From positions 1 through 27,596 of the forward strand of contig JAYPQH010000023.1 in assembly GCA_038131935.1 (NCBI GenBank): a DNA stretch of 27,596 bases, in the 5' to 3' direction. Below, one piece after another: positions 1 through 9,291 of the stretch (the stretch's first letter is position 1; every line of letters starts with the position of its first letter). A program made the position numbers and the translations under genes. The notes under the pieces are model-generated. The model did not search any database and was not told the origin of the DNA. It was given only the letters and a program-made list of their open reading frames with translations. The DNA comes from Alphaproteobacteria bacterium. GTDB taxonomy: Bacteria; Pseudomonadota; Alphaproteobacteria; UBA8317.

Positions 1-326
1 ATGCAGTTGATGATAAAGAGCTCTACAAAATGGCAACCTTAACAGATCCCATGAGTCTTGAACTCATGCGAAAGGTGGCTGAATACCCAAGAATGATTGA
101 ACAAGCTGCAGTTGCTTATGAGCCTCATCGGGTAGCTTATTATGCATATGACCTTGCAAGTTTATTTCACGCTTACTGGAACCGTGGAAAAGAGGAGGGC
201 GCGCGATTTATTGATCCAGATCATCAACAGGATTCTTTAAATAGATTGGCACTTGCACGTCTTGTTGGCTTGGCCTTGCGCCGTACGTTATGTGTTATGG
301 CAGTTGAGCCGGTGTCTGAGATGTAA
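1..326 (+). CDS. argS: Arginine--tRNA ligase, C-terminal anticodon-binding (DALR) part; 5' truncated by the window edge
   Basis: Frame open from position 3 to TAA 324-326. EPHRVAYYAYDLASLFHAYWN and the terminal VEPVSEM match the ArgS C-terminus. argS-SPOR-nagZ-scpAB is the usual alphaproteobacterial order. Confidence 0.9.
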   Translation, partial: AVDDKELYKMATLTDPMSLELMRKVAEYPRMIEQAAVAYEPHRVAYYAYDLASLFHAYWNRGKEEGARFIDPDHQQDSLNRLALARLVGLALRRTLCVMAVEPVSEM

Positions 327-1019
327 TGGTTGTGGACGTTCTTTTTAAATTTCTGAGCAAACCCATTTTCCCGGTTATGTTGGGTGCTTGCCTTGTGCTG
401 ATTATATCTTATTCATTATGGCAAAGCTACGAGTCTCCCCTCTCGTGATATTCCAATTATACGTGTAAAAAATCCATTGCCTGTTAGGGTTCCTCCAGAG
501 GATGAAGGTGGTACAGAAGTAGAGCATAGAGGGCTCTTGGTCTTTGATGTTCTGGATGGAATTGAACACCAAGCTGATATTGTGATGGAAAATCCATCTC
601 AAACCAAAAGTCAGGAAATAGGTCGTCACGTTATGCCACTTGAGGGCCAAGATGTTATAGCCATGCTTATTAAAGAGCAACAGAATGAAGCATCTATTGT
701 AAGTGATATGCCATCTTTAAAGGGCGCAGACCCCAATAAGGCAATACCATTATTGAACCAATTCCCACATGATTTTGGCATACAAATTGGCGCCTTTAAG
801 TCTTTTGATACAGCGTCGCGATCTGCTCGAACCGTGCAGAGGAATGAGCCATCATTGGCAAATCTGAAATTGTACCTTGTACGCGCCGAACATCAAAAGA
901 CCGGTCTCTTTTACAGGGCAATTTTAGGGCCTGTTTTTGATCAAAAAACTGCGTTTGAGCTATGTGATATACTGAGCAAAAGTCGTATTAATTGCGTCGT
1001 TGTGGGTGGAAAAATATAA
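326..1019 (+). CDS. SPOR-domain membrane-anchored cell-division protein (FtsN-like), split by an apparent +1 indel near 437-440
   Basis: ATG 326 overlaps the argS stop (TAATG) and encodes a hydrophobic segment (PIFPVMLGACLVLIISYSLW) up to TGA 446-448. Another frame reads SRDIPIIRVKNPLPVRVPPEDEGG and continues to a C-terminal SPOR domain (IQIGAF...FYRAILGP...C...C). Removing one C from CCCC 437-440 joins them. Confidence 0.75.
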
Positions 1020-1918
1020 TGTCCCTTCCTTTTATTATGGCTCTTGAAGGGCCGACTTTGTTGGATCAAGAAAAAGAATTCATTACCGAATATCAACCGT
1101 GGGGGATCATACATTTCGCGCGGAATATTGTTGAAGCCAAACAAATTCATGAACTTAATAGAGAATTAAGATCACATGGGATTAAGCATATTTTGGTTGA
1201 CCAAGAAGGAGGTCGGGTTCAAAGGCTACGGGCCCCTGAATTTACTGATTATCCTGCTGTTCAAACATACGGAGATATTGCACGGTTTGATATGGCTAAC
1301 GCCAGATCTTTGGTTTGGAACCATTATCAACAATTAGGTAAAGAATTGTCTTTGTTGGGGTTCGACATCAACTGTGCTCCTGTGTTGGATGTTCAGTCAA
1401 CTTATACGCATGATGTTATTGGTAACCGCTCATTTTCGTCAGACCCTTGGGTTGTTGCAGAACTCTCAAGTGTTGCTTGCGAAGCCATGCGTTCATGTGG
1501 GATCCATCCTGTTATAAAGCATATTCCTGGTCATGGCCGAGCCAGGCATGATTCACATGTTCAGCTTCCAGAAGTTACGGATGATAAATCCATTCTTTTC
1601 GCTCACGATTTTATTCCATTTCGGGAGATGAGGCATGAACAATATGCCATGACTGCTCACGTCACTTTTTTTGCGCTTGATACCGAACCGGTCACGCATT
1701 CTGCGAAGGTGATCTCTTACATTCGTCAACAACTTGGGTTTCGAGGGCTCCTTATGACGGATGATTTGGCAATGAATGCGTTACAAGGTAACCTAACAGA
1801 ACGTGCAGAATTTGCAGCGCGCGCGGGATGCGATTTGCTGTTGTTCTGTGAAGCTGATTTGGGGCGTTGTACCGATGTTGCCGATGTAGCGAGGAACCTT
1901 ATGTGTCATGGCCATTGA
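1019..1918 (+). CDS. nagZ: Beta-N-acetylhexosaminidase (GH3), peptidoglycan recycling
   Basis: Motifs VDQEGGRVQRL, APVLD, IGNRSF, KHIPGHG...DSH, MTAH and TDDLAM. Start taken as ATG 1019 (TAATG overlap) rather than the ORF-track 992. Confidence 0.93.
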   Translation: MSLPFIMALEGPTLLDQEKEFITEYQPWGIIHFARNIVEAKQIHELNRELRSHGIKHILVDQEGGRVQRLRAPEFTDYPAVQTYGDIARFDMANARSLVWNHYQQLGKELSLLGFDINCAPVLDVQSTYTHDVIGNRSFSSDPWVVAELSSVACEAMRSCGIHPVIKHIPGHGRARHDSHVQLPEVTDDKSILFAHDFIPFREMRHEQYAMTAHVTFFALDTEPVTHSAKVISYIRQQLGFRGLLMTDDLAMNALQGNLTERAEFAARAGCDLLLFCEADLGRCTDVADVARNLMCHGH

Positions 1919-2660
1919 GCAATTAGAGTTACAGTTGGATGGCTTTTCAGGGCCTCTCGATCTCTTATTGGATTTGGCACGACGTCAAAAAGTTGATCTG
2001 CGGCAAATATCAATGCGGGCTTTATGTGATCAATACCTGGAGTATATGGCTAACTTACGAGGTAGACGCATCGAAATAGCCGCAGAATATCTGGTGATGG
2101 CTGCTTGGCTTACCTATTTAAAATCAAAACTTTTGTTACCAGTCTCTGACAAAGATACCGAGGATGATGCGGAGATGATGGCCCTTTATTTAGCCCATAG
2201 GCTGGAGCGGCTTGATGCCATGCGCCAATCTGTAAAGCGCCTTTTTGCCCGATCTTTATTACACCAAGATAGATTTGTTAGGGGGCAGCCTGAACCCATG
2301 GTTATCCATGACAGGGCAACATATGATGTGACATTATTGGAATTGGTGCGCGCATATGGTCGCGTTCAATTGAAACAGAACTATTCCACTTATGAAGTCA
2401 AACGGCCAAAGATTTACACCATGGACATTGCAATGGAAAATCTTCGTCAAGTTTTGGGACAGGTTGTAAAATGGCGCAGTTTGCAAGACCTTTTGCCTTC
2501 GATTCTTGCTGATGCTGAACCTGACATGCAACGTTCTGTGGTGGCAGGGACATTTGCGGCTACTTTGGAACTGGTACGGCAAGGGCAGATTGAATTGCGG
2601 CAAGCAAAAGCCTTTGCACCTATCGAAGTACGCGTTGTACGGAGGGATATTGATGTCTGA
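1908..2660 (+). CDS. scpA: Segregation and condensation protein A (SMC kleisin)
   Basis: FSGPLDLLLDLARRQKVDL, AAEYLVMAAWLTYLKSKLLLP and FAATLELVRQGQIELRQ. Adjacent to scpB. Confidence 0.93.
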   Translation: MAIEQLELQLDGFSGPLDLLLDLARRQKVDLRQISMRALCDQYLEYMANLRGRRIEIAAEYLVMAAWLTYLKSKLLLPVSDKDTEDDAEMMALYLAHRLERLDAMRQSVKRLFARSLLHQDRFVRGQPEPMVIHDRATYDVTLLELVRAYGRVQLKQNYSTYEVKRPKIYTMDIAMENLRQVLGQVVKWRSLQDLLPSILADAEPDMQRSVVAGTFAATLELVRQGQIELRQAKAFAPIEVRVVRRDIDV

Positions 2661-3285
2661 GGGAAAAAGTTTGCAAGCTTTCTCACAACCTTCTGAACTA
2701 TTAAGAGAGGCTATACGGATTGTTGAAGCCGTGCTTTTTGCATCTCATGAACCTTTAAGCCTAAAGCAATTAAGGCTTTATATTAACGAAGATTTGGATA
2801 TTCATGATGTCATGGAGCATATCCATCGAGATTACAGCGCCCGAGGTGTTAACCTTACAAAAGTAGATGATGGTTATGCATTTAGAACCGCAAGTGATTT
2901 GGGCTTTTTGTTGCGTTCAGAAAGAGAAGTTACAAAAAAACTTTCAAAGGCGGCCTTGGAGACATTAGCCATCATTGCCTATCATCAGCCTGTGACGAGA
3001 ACAGAAATTGAAGAAATTCGCGGTGTTGCTATGTCTCGAGGCACGTTAGATTTGCTTATGGAGGCTGATTTTGTGAAACCGGGAAGGCGTAGGGAAACTC
3101 CTGGTAGGCCCCTTACTTATGTAACAACGGTAAGCTTTTTGGATCACTTTGGTTTGGAACGAATTGCAGATTTGCCTGGACTAAAAGAGTTGAAAGACGC
3201 TGGCCTTTTAGAGAATTTGGCTCAGAATATTTCAGTTCAAGAAGAGCTAGCATTAACCCAACAAAAAGATCAGGATGACAACTGA
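2653..3285 (+). CDS. scpB: SMC-Scp complex subunit ScpB
   Basis: VEAVLFAS, LSKAALETLAIIAYHQPVTRTEIEEIRGV and PGRPLTYVTT..FLDHFGL...DLP. Start taken as ATG 2653 with GGAGG at 2641-2645; the ORF-track start at 2506 is an unlikely extension. Confidence 0.93.
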   Translation: MSEGKSLQAFSQPSELLREAIRIVEAVLFASHEPLSLKQLRLYINEDLDIHDVMEHIHRDYSARGVNLTKVDDGYAFRTASDLGFLLRSEREVTKKLSKAALETLAIIAYHQPVTRTEIEEIRGVAMSRGTLDLLMEADFVKPGRRRETPGRPLTYVTTVSFLDHFGLERIADLPGLKELKDAGLLENLAQNISVQEELALTQQKDQDDN

Positions 3286-4337
3286 TGGATGCCGGGGTTG
3301 GATATGACATTTCTCTTATGGGTCTAACGAGCCAATTTGGTGGCGTTGGTGGTATTCAAGATATCAATATTGAGATCAAAGCTGGAGAACAAGTTGCGGT
3401 TGTTGGCGCCTCTGGTAGCGGTAAATCAACGTTATTACGTTGTATTGCTGGGGTGCAGACCGTTGAGCGTGGCATTGTAAAAATCAACAATGTTGATGCT
3501 ACAGATGGCAAACGTATCGTTGTTCCCCCAAGTGAACGACGCGTAGGCATGGTATTTCAAGATTTTGCGTTATTCCCTCATATGTCAGCATATGAAAATG
3601 TGAGATTTGCGATGGAAGCCACTTCCGGTGTGGTCGATCGCAGCAAAATTTTTGATCTTTTGGAACTTGTAGGTTTAGGGGGACGGGTTAATTCAAAGCC
3701 AGGCGAGCTCTCCGGTGGCGAACAACAAAGGGTTGCATTAGCTCGAGCCGTAGCGACAGAACCGCGCATTTTGTTGTTGGATGAACCGTACTCAAGTCTT
3801 GACGCGCAGTTGCGTATTCAACTTGCTGAAATGACCCGAAGTTTGTCTCGTCGCTTAGCCATAACGAGTATTTTGGTATCTCATGATGGAGATGAAGCGC
3901 TAAGATTTGCTGATCGACTTGTCTACATGCAATCGGGGAAAATTGTACAAGAAGGAAAAGTTGAAGATATTCTTAAGCAGCCCATAAATGCTGAATTGCT
4001 AAGCCTATTGTTACCCATTTATCAGTTATATTTTACGCATGATGGCGGTCAATTTTTGCAAGCTTGTTTCTCACAACCCATTGATTTGCCAAAGCAGTTG
4101 ATGGATGTCGAAAAAATACAGTTAATTTACAGGCCAGAAGATATATCTGTGAAACAAGAGAAGGGCACAGGTCACTTGGTCACGGATATTTACCCAATTG
4201 GTGTCGGTTTTGAAGTTGTTGTTGCTTTGAATGATGGTCAAAAACTTAAAGCCATCATACAAGAGCCCACTTTAATTGTGGGTTGTGAAGTTTGTCTTCA
4301 TCTTGATCCTAAGCGCATATTCCTATTTACATCATAA
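3285..4337 (+). CDS. ABC transporter ATP-binding protein (FbpC/PotA-like, Fe3+/polyamine family)
   Basis: Walker A GASGSGKS, Q-loop GMVFQDFALFPH, signature LSGGEQQRVALARA, Walker B LLLDEP, H-loop SHD, and a TOBE-like C-terminal extension. TGATG overlap with scpB. Confidence 0.85.
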   Translation: MDAGVGYDISLMGLTSQFGGVGGIQDINIEIKAGEQVAVVGASGSGKSTLLRCIAGVQTVERGIVKINNVDATDGKRIVVPPSERRVGMVFQDFALFPHMSAYENVRFAMEATSGVVDRSKIFDLLELVGLGGRVNSKPGELSGGEQQRVALARAVATEPRILLLDEPYSSLDAQLRIQLAEMTRSLSRRLAITSILVSHDGDEALRFADRLVYMQSGKIVQEGKVEDILKQPINAELLSLLLPIYQLYFTHDGGQFLQACFSQPIDLPKQLMDVEKIQLIYRPEDISVKQEKGTGHLVTDIYPIGVGFEVVVALNDGQKLKAIIQEPTLIVGCEVCLHLDPKRIFLFTS

Positions 4338-4397
4338 CAGGATGTGGTTTTATACCTAAACTTATGGTCGTGGTAAGCAGAATAAGGGGTAGAGCCT

Positions 4398-4640
4398 ATG
4401 GGCTTGAGTATTTGGCAGATTTTGATTGTGGTGGTTCTGTTGGTTTTGCTGTTTGGGCGCGGCAAAATTTCGGAATTGATGGGCGATGTTGCTAAAGGAA
4501 TAAAATCCTTTAAGAAGGGGATGAGTGAGGAGGACAAACCTACGTCTTCTCTTACATCGGAACATGAGCAAACCATTGACGTCCAGGCTCAAGCCAAAGA
4601 GGACTCAAGGGTGCGCAAGGATGAAAACTCTCCATCATAG
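4398..4640 (+). CDS. tatA: Twin-arginine translocase subunit TatA/E
   Basis: [41 protein letters not shown]-like AAGGGG upstream. Confidence 0.95.
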   Translation: MGLSIWQILIVVVLLVLLFGRGKISELMGDVAKGIKSFKKGMSEEDKPTSSLTSEHEQTIDVQAQAKEDSRVRKDENSPS

Positions 4641-4652
4641 ATTGGTAATAAG

Positions 4653-5015
4653 ATGTTTGATCTCGGCTGGACTGAGCTTCTGGTCATAGGTGCTGTGGCC
4701 ATTATCGTTGTTGGTCCTAAGGACCTTCCCAAATTGATGCGGGCGGTTGGCCATTTCTCACAACAACTTCGTCGTATGGCGTTTGAATTCCGTTCTGCGC
4801 TTGATGACGCTACGAATGTTGATGAGATTACCAACATTAAAAAAGATCTACAGGGACTATCAAATTTTCAAGCCGATCCCACTTGGGGAAGTGGGGTGGA
4901 TGTTGTGGGTGCTAAAAAACTGGATAGTACTGAACCAAAGGTACAGGATCAACAAAATGAAGCACGTGCACATGATCAAATGAAAAGGCCTGAGTTTGAG
5001 GATAAAAAATCGTGA
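4653..5015 (+). CDS. tatB: Twin-arginine translocase subunit TatB
   Basis: MFDLGWTELLVIGAVAIIVVGPKDLPKLMR signature. Lies between tatA and tatC. Confidence 0.95.
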   Translation: MFDLGWTELLVIGAVAIIVVGPKDLPKLMRAVGHFSQQLRRMAFEFRSALDDATNVDEITNIKKDLQGLSNFQADPTWGSGVDVVGAKKLDSTEPKVQDQQNEARAHDQMKRPEFEDKKS

Positions 5016-5920
5016 GTGATGAAGGTCTTGATGACAGCCGTGCACCTTTGATGGAGCATTTGATAGAACTTCGCCGCCGGTTGATGATCTCGTTAGCTGT
5101 ATTGGGGTGCGCTGCAGTTGGCTGTTACGTATTTGCAGAACAAATTTATCAATTCCTCGCCCAACCTTTAGCGATTGCTTATGGCGACGATAAAGGGAGG
5201 ATGATTCTTACCGCACCCCAAGAAGCTTTTTTTACATATCTTAAAGTTGCGTTGTTCGGTGGGGTTTGCGTGTCATTCCCTGTCATTGGTGGCCAAATCT
5301 GGGCTTTTATAGCACCTGGCCTGTATAATAATGAAAAAAAAGCATTTTTACCATTTTTGCTTGCTACGCCTGTTTTGTTTCTCATCGGTGCTAGTCTGGT
5401 TTACTATCTTATCATGCCACTGGCGTTGGAATTTTTCCTTTCATTTCAAACCAGTGGTGGTGACGGTTCCCTTGCTATCGAACTTGAAACAAGGGTGAGT
5501 GAATATCTTGGATTGATCATGACGCTCATTTTGGCATTTGGATTATGCTTCCAATTGCCAGTTCTCCTTGTCTTGTTGGCGCGGGTGGGGTTTGTGAATT
5601 CCAAGCAACTTAGGGGAGGGCGTAAGTATGCCATTGTGGGCATATTTGCTATGGCTGCTATTCTCACGCCGCCTGATCCAATATCACAGATAGGATTGGC
5701 TTTGCCTATTTTGGCTTTGTACGAACTTTCCATACTCATTGTTGTTCGGATTGAAAAACAGCGTGGGTTTGATCCCTACGCCCCGGTTGATGATGATATT
5801 GATGATGAGGATGAAGAGCCAACTGATCCTTTGTTTGATGATGGGATTGCAGAGCATCATCGTGCGCCAGATGACTTTGATGATGATGGTATGACCGACA
5901 ACAGCCGTAAGGAACCTTGA
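5012..5920 (+). CDS. tatC: Twin-arginine translocase subunit TatC
   Basis: PLMEHLIELRRRL, EAFFTYLKVA, QIWAFIAPGLY, FQLP and ILTPPD. GTGA overlap with tatB. Acidic C-terminal tail. Confidence 0.95.
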   Translation: MSDEGLDDSRAPLMEHLIELRRRLMISLAVLGCAAVGCYVFAEQIYQFLAQPLAIAYGDDKGRMILTAPQEAFFTYLKVALFGGVCVSFPVIGGQIWAFIAPGLYNNEKKAFLPFLLATPVLFLIGASLVYYLIMPLALEFFLSFQTSGGDGSLAIELETRVSEYLGLIMTLILAFGLCFQLPVLLVLLARVGFVNSKQLRGGRKYAIVGIFAMAAILTPPDPISQIGLALPILALYELSILIVVRIEKQRGFDPYAPVDDDIDDEDEEPTDPLFDDGIAEHHRAPDDFDDDGMTDNSRKEP

Positions 5921-6036
5921 ACTGACCGAAAGGTGAAGCTTGCTTCTCATTTCATGGTGGTTTTGAGAAAAGCTCTGGCCAACGGCTGCTTTGCCTGTTT
6001 ATACCAACAACACATCCAACTACGGGGAAAATGGTA

Positions 6037-7305
6037 ATGCATGATATTCGCTTTATACGCGAGCAGCCTGATCTTTTCGACCAGTCCTTATCACGGCGAG
6101 GTTTGCCTCATTTATCGGCTGAAATATTAGAGATTGATCGATCATGGCGTCATTGCCAAACCCAACTTCAAGATGCACAAGCCCAAAGGAATCAAGCGTC
6201 AAAATCTATTGGTGCTGCCAAAAAATCTGGCGATGATGAAGAAGCCACGCGACTGATGGCAGTGGTATCAAAGTTAAAAGAATTGATGGCAGAGTTGGAA
6301 GACAAAAGCCAAGCTTTGGAAGCGAGTTTGCGTGATAAATTGTTACAAATTCCTAACCGTCTCGCACAGTCCGTTCCAGATGGAGCGGATGAAGATGACA
6401 ACGTAGAATGTCATAGATTTAAAGAACCGGTATGGAAAAAAAGCGAACGTGATCATGTTGATATCGCGGGACATTATTTAGACTTTGAGTCAGCTGCCCG
6501 TATTTCTGGTGCGCGGTTTGCGTATCTTCGTGGTCCACTTGCCCGTTTGGAGCGAGCCCTTGGTGCGTTCATGTTGGACGAAAACATCTCTGAATATGGT
6601 TACATGGAGGTTGCCACGCCGTCTCTTGTCCGAGATCAGTCTTTGATCGGCACTGGTCAATTGCCAAAGTTTGAAGATGATTTGTTTCAAACAACAGATG
6701 GGCGTTGGCTGATACCAACCGCCGAAGTAACCCTCACCAATCTTGTACAAGACCGCATCATCATGGGTGAAGAGTTACCCATGAGGTTTACAGCCTGGAC
6801 GCCGTGCTACCGTGCGGAAGCTGGCTCAGCAGGAAGGGATACACGTGGACTTATTAGAATGCACCAATTCGCAAAGGTTGAATTGGTGTCCATTACCACT
6901 CCCGATACTTCTGAGATCGAGCATGAGAGGATGTTGGAAGCTTCTGAAAGCCTTTTAAGAAAGTTAGATCTGCCCTATCGTACAATGTTGTTATGTTCTG
7001 GTGATACAGGGTTTTCTGCCAACAAGACCTATGACATTGAGGTTTGGATACCTTCCCAGGAAACCTACAGAGAGATATCCTCGGTAAGCAATTGCGGTGA
7101 TTTTCAAGCAAGACGAATGAATGCGCGGATGCGAACCCATGCAGAATCAGCACCCATACCTGTTCATACATTGAACGGCTCTGCGCTAGCATTGGGCCGA
7201 ACAATGGTGGCCATTATGGAAAACTATCAATTGGAGCAAGGTGGGTTCGCTATACCAGAAATTTTATGGCCCTACATGGGAGGTTTGAAGGAAATAAGAT
7301 GGTAA
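6037..7305 (+). CDS. serS: Serine--tRNA ligase
   Basis: MHDIRFIRE N-terminus, GTGQLPKF, LIPTAEV, YRAEAGSAGRDTRGLIRMHQF, REISSVSNCGDFQARRM and HTLNGS. Alternative ATG at 6031. Confidence 0.96.
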   Translation: MHDIRFIREQPDLFDQSLSRRGLPHLSAEILEIDRSWRHCQTQLQDAQAQRNQASKSIGAAKKSGDDEEATRLMAVVSKLKELMAELEDKSQALEASLRDKLLQIPNRLAQSVPDGADEDDNVECHRFKEPVWKKSERDHVDIAGHYLDFESAARISGARFAYLRGPLARLERALGAFMLDENISEYGYMEVATPSLVRDQSLIGTGQLPKFEDDLFQTTDGRWLIPTAEVTLTNLVQDRIIMGEELPMRFTAWTPCYRAEAGSAGRDTRGLIRMHQFAKVELVSITTPDTSEIEHERMLEASESLLRKLDLPYRTMLLCSGDTGFSANKTYDIEVWIPSQETYREISSVSNCGDFQARRMNARMRTHAESAPIPVHTLNGSALALGRTMVAIMENYQLEQGGFAIPEILWPYMGGLKEIRW

Positions 7306-8096
7306 ACCAACTAAAGAATATGAAAATTCTTGTGACCAATGATGATGGGATTCATGCTCCAGGGTTGGCCATACTTGAAAATGTTGCGCGTGCATTGAGT
7401 AAAGATGTTGTCACGGTAGCCCCTGCTGTTAATCAGTCTGGCACAGCGCACTCTTTGACCTTGCATTCGCCATTGCGGCTACATGACCATGGCGAAAATC
7501 GCTATGCGGTCGATGGTACCCCGACAGATTGTGTGTTGATGGCCATCAGACATTTGTTGAAGGATGATCTCCCTGATTTGATTCTATCAGGTGTTAATTA
7601 TGGACAGAATATGGCAGAGGATGTGACATATTCTGGAACAGTTGCAGCGGCCATGGAGGGGACAACATTAGGGATTCCTTCGCTGGCATTTTCACAAGTA
7701 TTTGGACATCATTCTAAAACGCCAAACTTTGATGTGGCCGCACGCTACCTACCGGAACTCATTACCAATTTGGTGCAAAATGGCTTTCCTAAACATGTTT
7801 TGTTGAATGTAAACTTTCCAGACCCAGAGAATGGTTTGGCAAAGGGTATAAAAGTAACGACTCAAGGACAGCGCGATCAAAAACATGCAGATCTTATTGA
7901 GCGATTTGATGCACGCAAACAGCCATATTATTGGATTGGGTTCCAGCGCCGGGAAGAAATTCCAAAACAAAACAGTGACCTAACAGCTGTTCGTTCAGGC
8001 TATATTTCTGTGACCCCGTTGCATTTGGATTTAACAGAGCATGAACAATTACCAAGGCTCCAGGCAAACATTAATCAGGACTTTGATTGTTCGTAG
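7299..8096 (+). CDS. surE: 5'/3'-nucleotidase SurE
   Basis: ILVTNDDGIHAPG, DGTPTDCV, SGVNYGQN, YSGTVAAAMEG and ISVTPL. Start ATG 7299 (or 7320). Confidence 0.95.
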   Translation: MVNQLKNMKILVTNDDGIHAPGLAILENVARALSKDVVTVAPAVNQSGTAHSLTLHSPLRLHDHGENRYAVDGTPTDCVLMAIRHLLKDDLPDLILSGVNYGQNMAEDVTYSGTVAAAMEGTTLGIPSLAFSQVFGHHSKTPNFDVAARYLPELITNLVQNGFPKHVLLNVNFPDPENGLAKGIKVTTQGQRDQKHADLIERFDARKQPYYWIGFQRREEIPKQNSDLTAVRSGYISVTPLHLDLTEHEQLPRLQANINQDFDCS

Positions 8097-8140
8097 ATTG
8101 TACGATAAAACTTTTAGGGTGTAGGTAAGGAGTAGTCATC

Positions 8141-9280
8141 ATGATGCGCTGGGTAACAATACTGCCGGTTGCGATATATTTGGTTTCATGCGGGCAACAA
8201 CAAGCTCCAGCGCCTGTTACGACCATTGAACCGAGCCCATCTAAAAAGCAGATTGTTGTGAACCAAATTAACCCAGGCAATGATACACATAGGATCGTTG
8301 CCGGTGATACACTTTCAAACATTGCAGCGCGTTACAATACAACAGTAGAGACCTTGCTTTCGCTAAATAATCTTCGCAATCCAGACTATATTCAGCGCGG
8401 TATGGAGTTAAAGTTACCGAATACAGGGTCTGATCTGGCTGCAGGGCGTGCACTTAACTCACCTGTGATCGTCGAAGAAGACATCGCTGTCAATAAAGTT
8501 CAACAATCTCAAGCGGCTGTAGCCACGGCAGCAGACAGCAACAAAGTGGACGAGGCGGCTACCAAAATTGTTACAATTGAAGATCCTTTGGCGCCAAAAA
8601 CTAAATTTTCTAAAGAGCAACCAGCAAGCTCTAACAAACCTGTGGATATAATTCAGGCACCAGTTAAGCAAACAGTGGCTGAACCTCCAAAACCTGTCGT
8701 GCCGTCTAAAACCCAATCACGGGAAGTTGCAAAAGATGACGCAAAACAAATTGAGCAAGCTGACCGTGTGCCTTCCAAGGGTGATGTAACGCAAGAAGGA
8801 AAGGAAGATATCAAACCATCATCAGACAATAAAAATGAGAAACGCATCGCATCTAACGCTCCTGACAAAAAGCGCGTGCCGGAAGTGCCCCTCACCCTAA
8901 AAGATGATGCTCCATTGATATGGCCTGTCCAGGGTCGTCTCATTGATCGATTTGGTCCTGGTGCTGGAGGAGATGGTATCAATATTGCGGTGGCTGAGGG
9001 AACTCCTGTCCTGGCTGCTGCTGGCGGTACAGTGATCTATTCAGGTAGTGGTCTTGGTGGTTATGGCAATTTGATTCTTCTGCGCCATAAAGATGGCTTG
9101 ATAACCGCCTATGCCTACAACAAAGAGGTTCTCGTTAAAAAAACGGATGAGGTAAAGGATGGAGAGATCATTGCTTACTCAGGATCTACAGGTGCTGCAC
9201 GTGAACCAAGCTTACATTTTGAAGTGCGTCAGGGAGCTGCTCCTGTAGATCCTTTAAATTTCTTGCCTAAAATTCCTTGA
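8141..9280 (+). CDS. nlpD: LysM + M23/LytM lipoprotein (NlpD/DipM-like, degenerate active site)
   Basis: Lipobox LVSC, LysM (GDTLSNIAARYNTTVETLLSLNNL), a long K/P/E/A-rich linker and an M23 domain (WPVQG...GYGNLILLRH...LHFEVR). SD AAGGAG. Downstream of surE. Confidence 0.8.
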   Translation: MMRWVTILPVAIYLVSCGQQQAPAPVTTIEPSPSKKQIVVNQINPGNDTHRIVAGDTLSNIAARYNTTVETLLSLNNLRNPDYIQRGMELKLPNTGSDLAAGRALNSPVIVEEDIAVNKVQQSQAAVATAADSNKVDEAATKIVTIEDPLAPKTKFSKEQPASSNKPVDIIQAPVKQTVAEPPKPVVPSKTQSREVAKDDAKQIEQADRVPSKGDVTQEGKEDIKPSSDNKNEKRIASNAPDKKRVPEVPLTLKDDAPLIWPVQGRLIDRFGPGAGGDGINIAVAEGTPVLAAAGGTVIYSGSGLGGYGNLILLRHKDGLITAYAYNKEVLVKKTDEVKDGEIIAYSGSTGAAREPSLHFEVRQGAAPVDPLNFLPKIP

Positions 9281-9291
9281 GTTTTAGGCAC

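Noticed and set aside
5975-5995. Sigma54-like TGGC...TGC upstream of serS
   Set aside because: The GG-to-GC spacing is 9 nt rather than the required 10.
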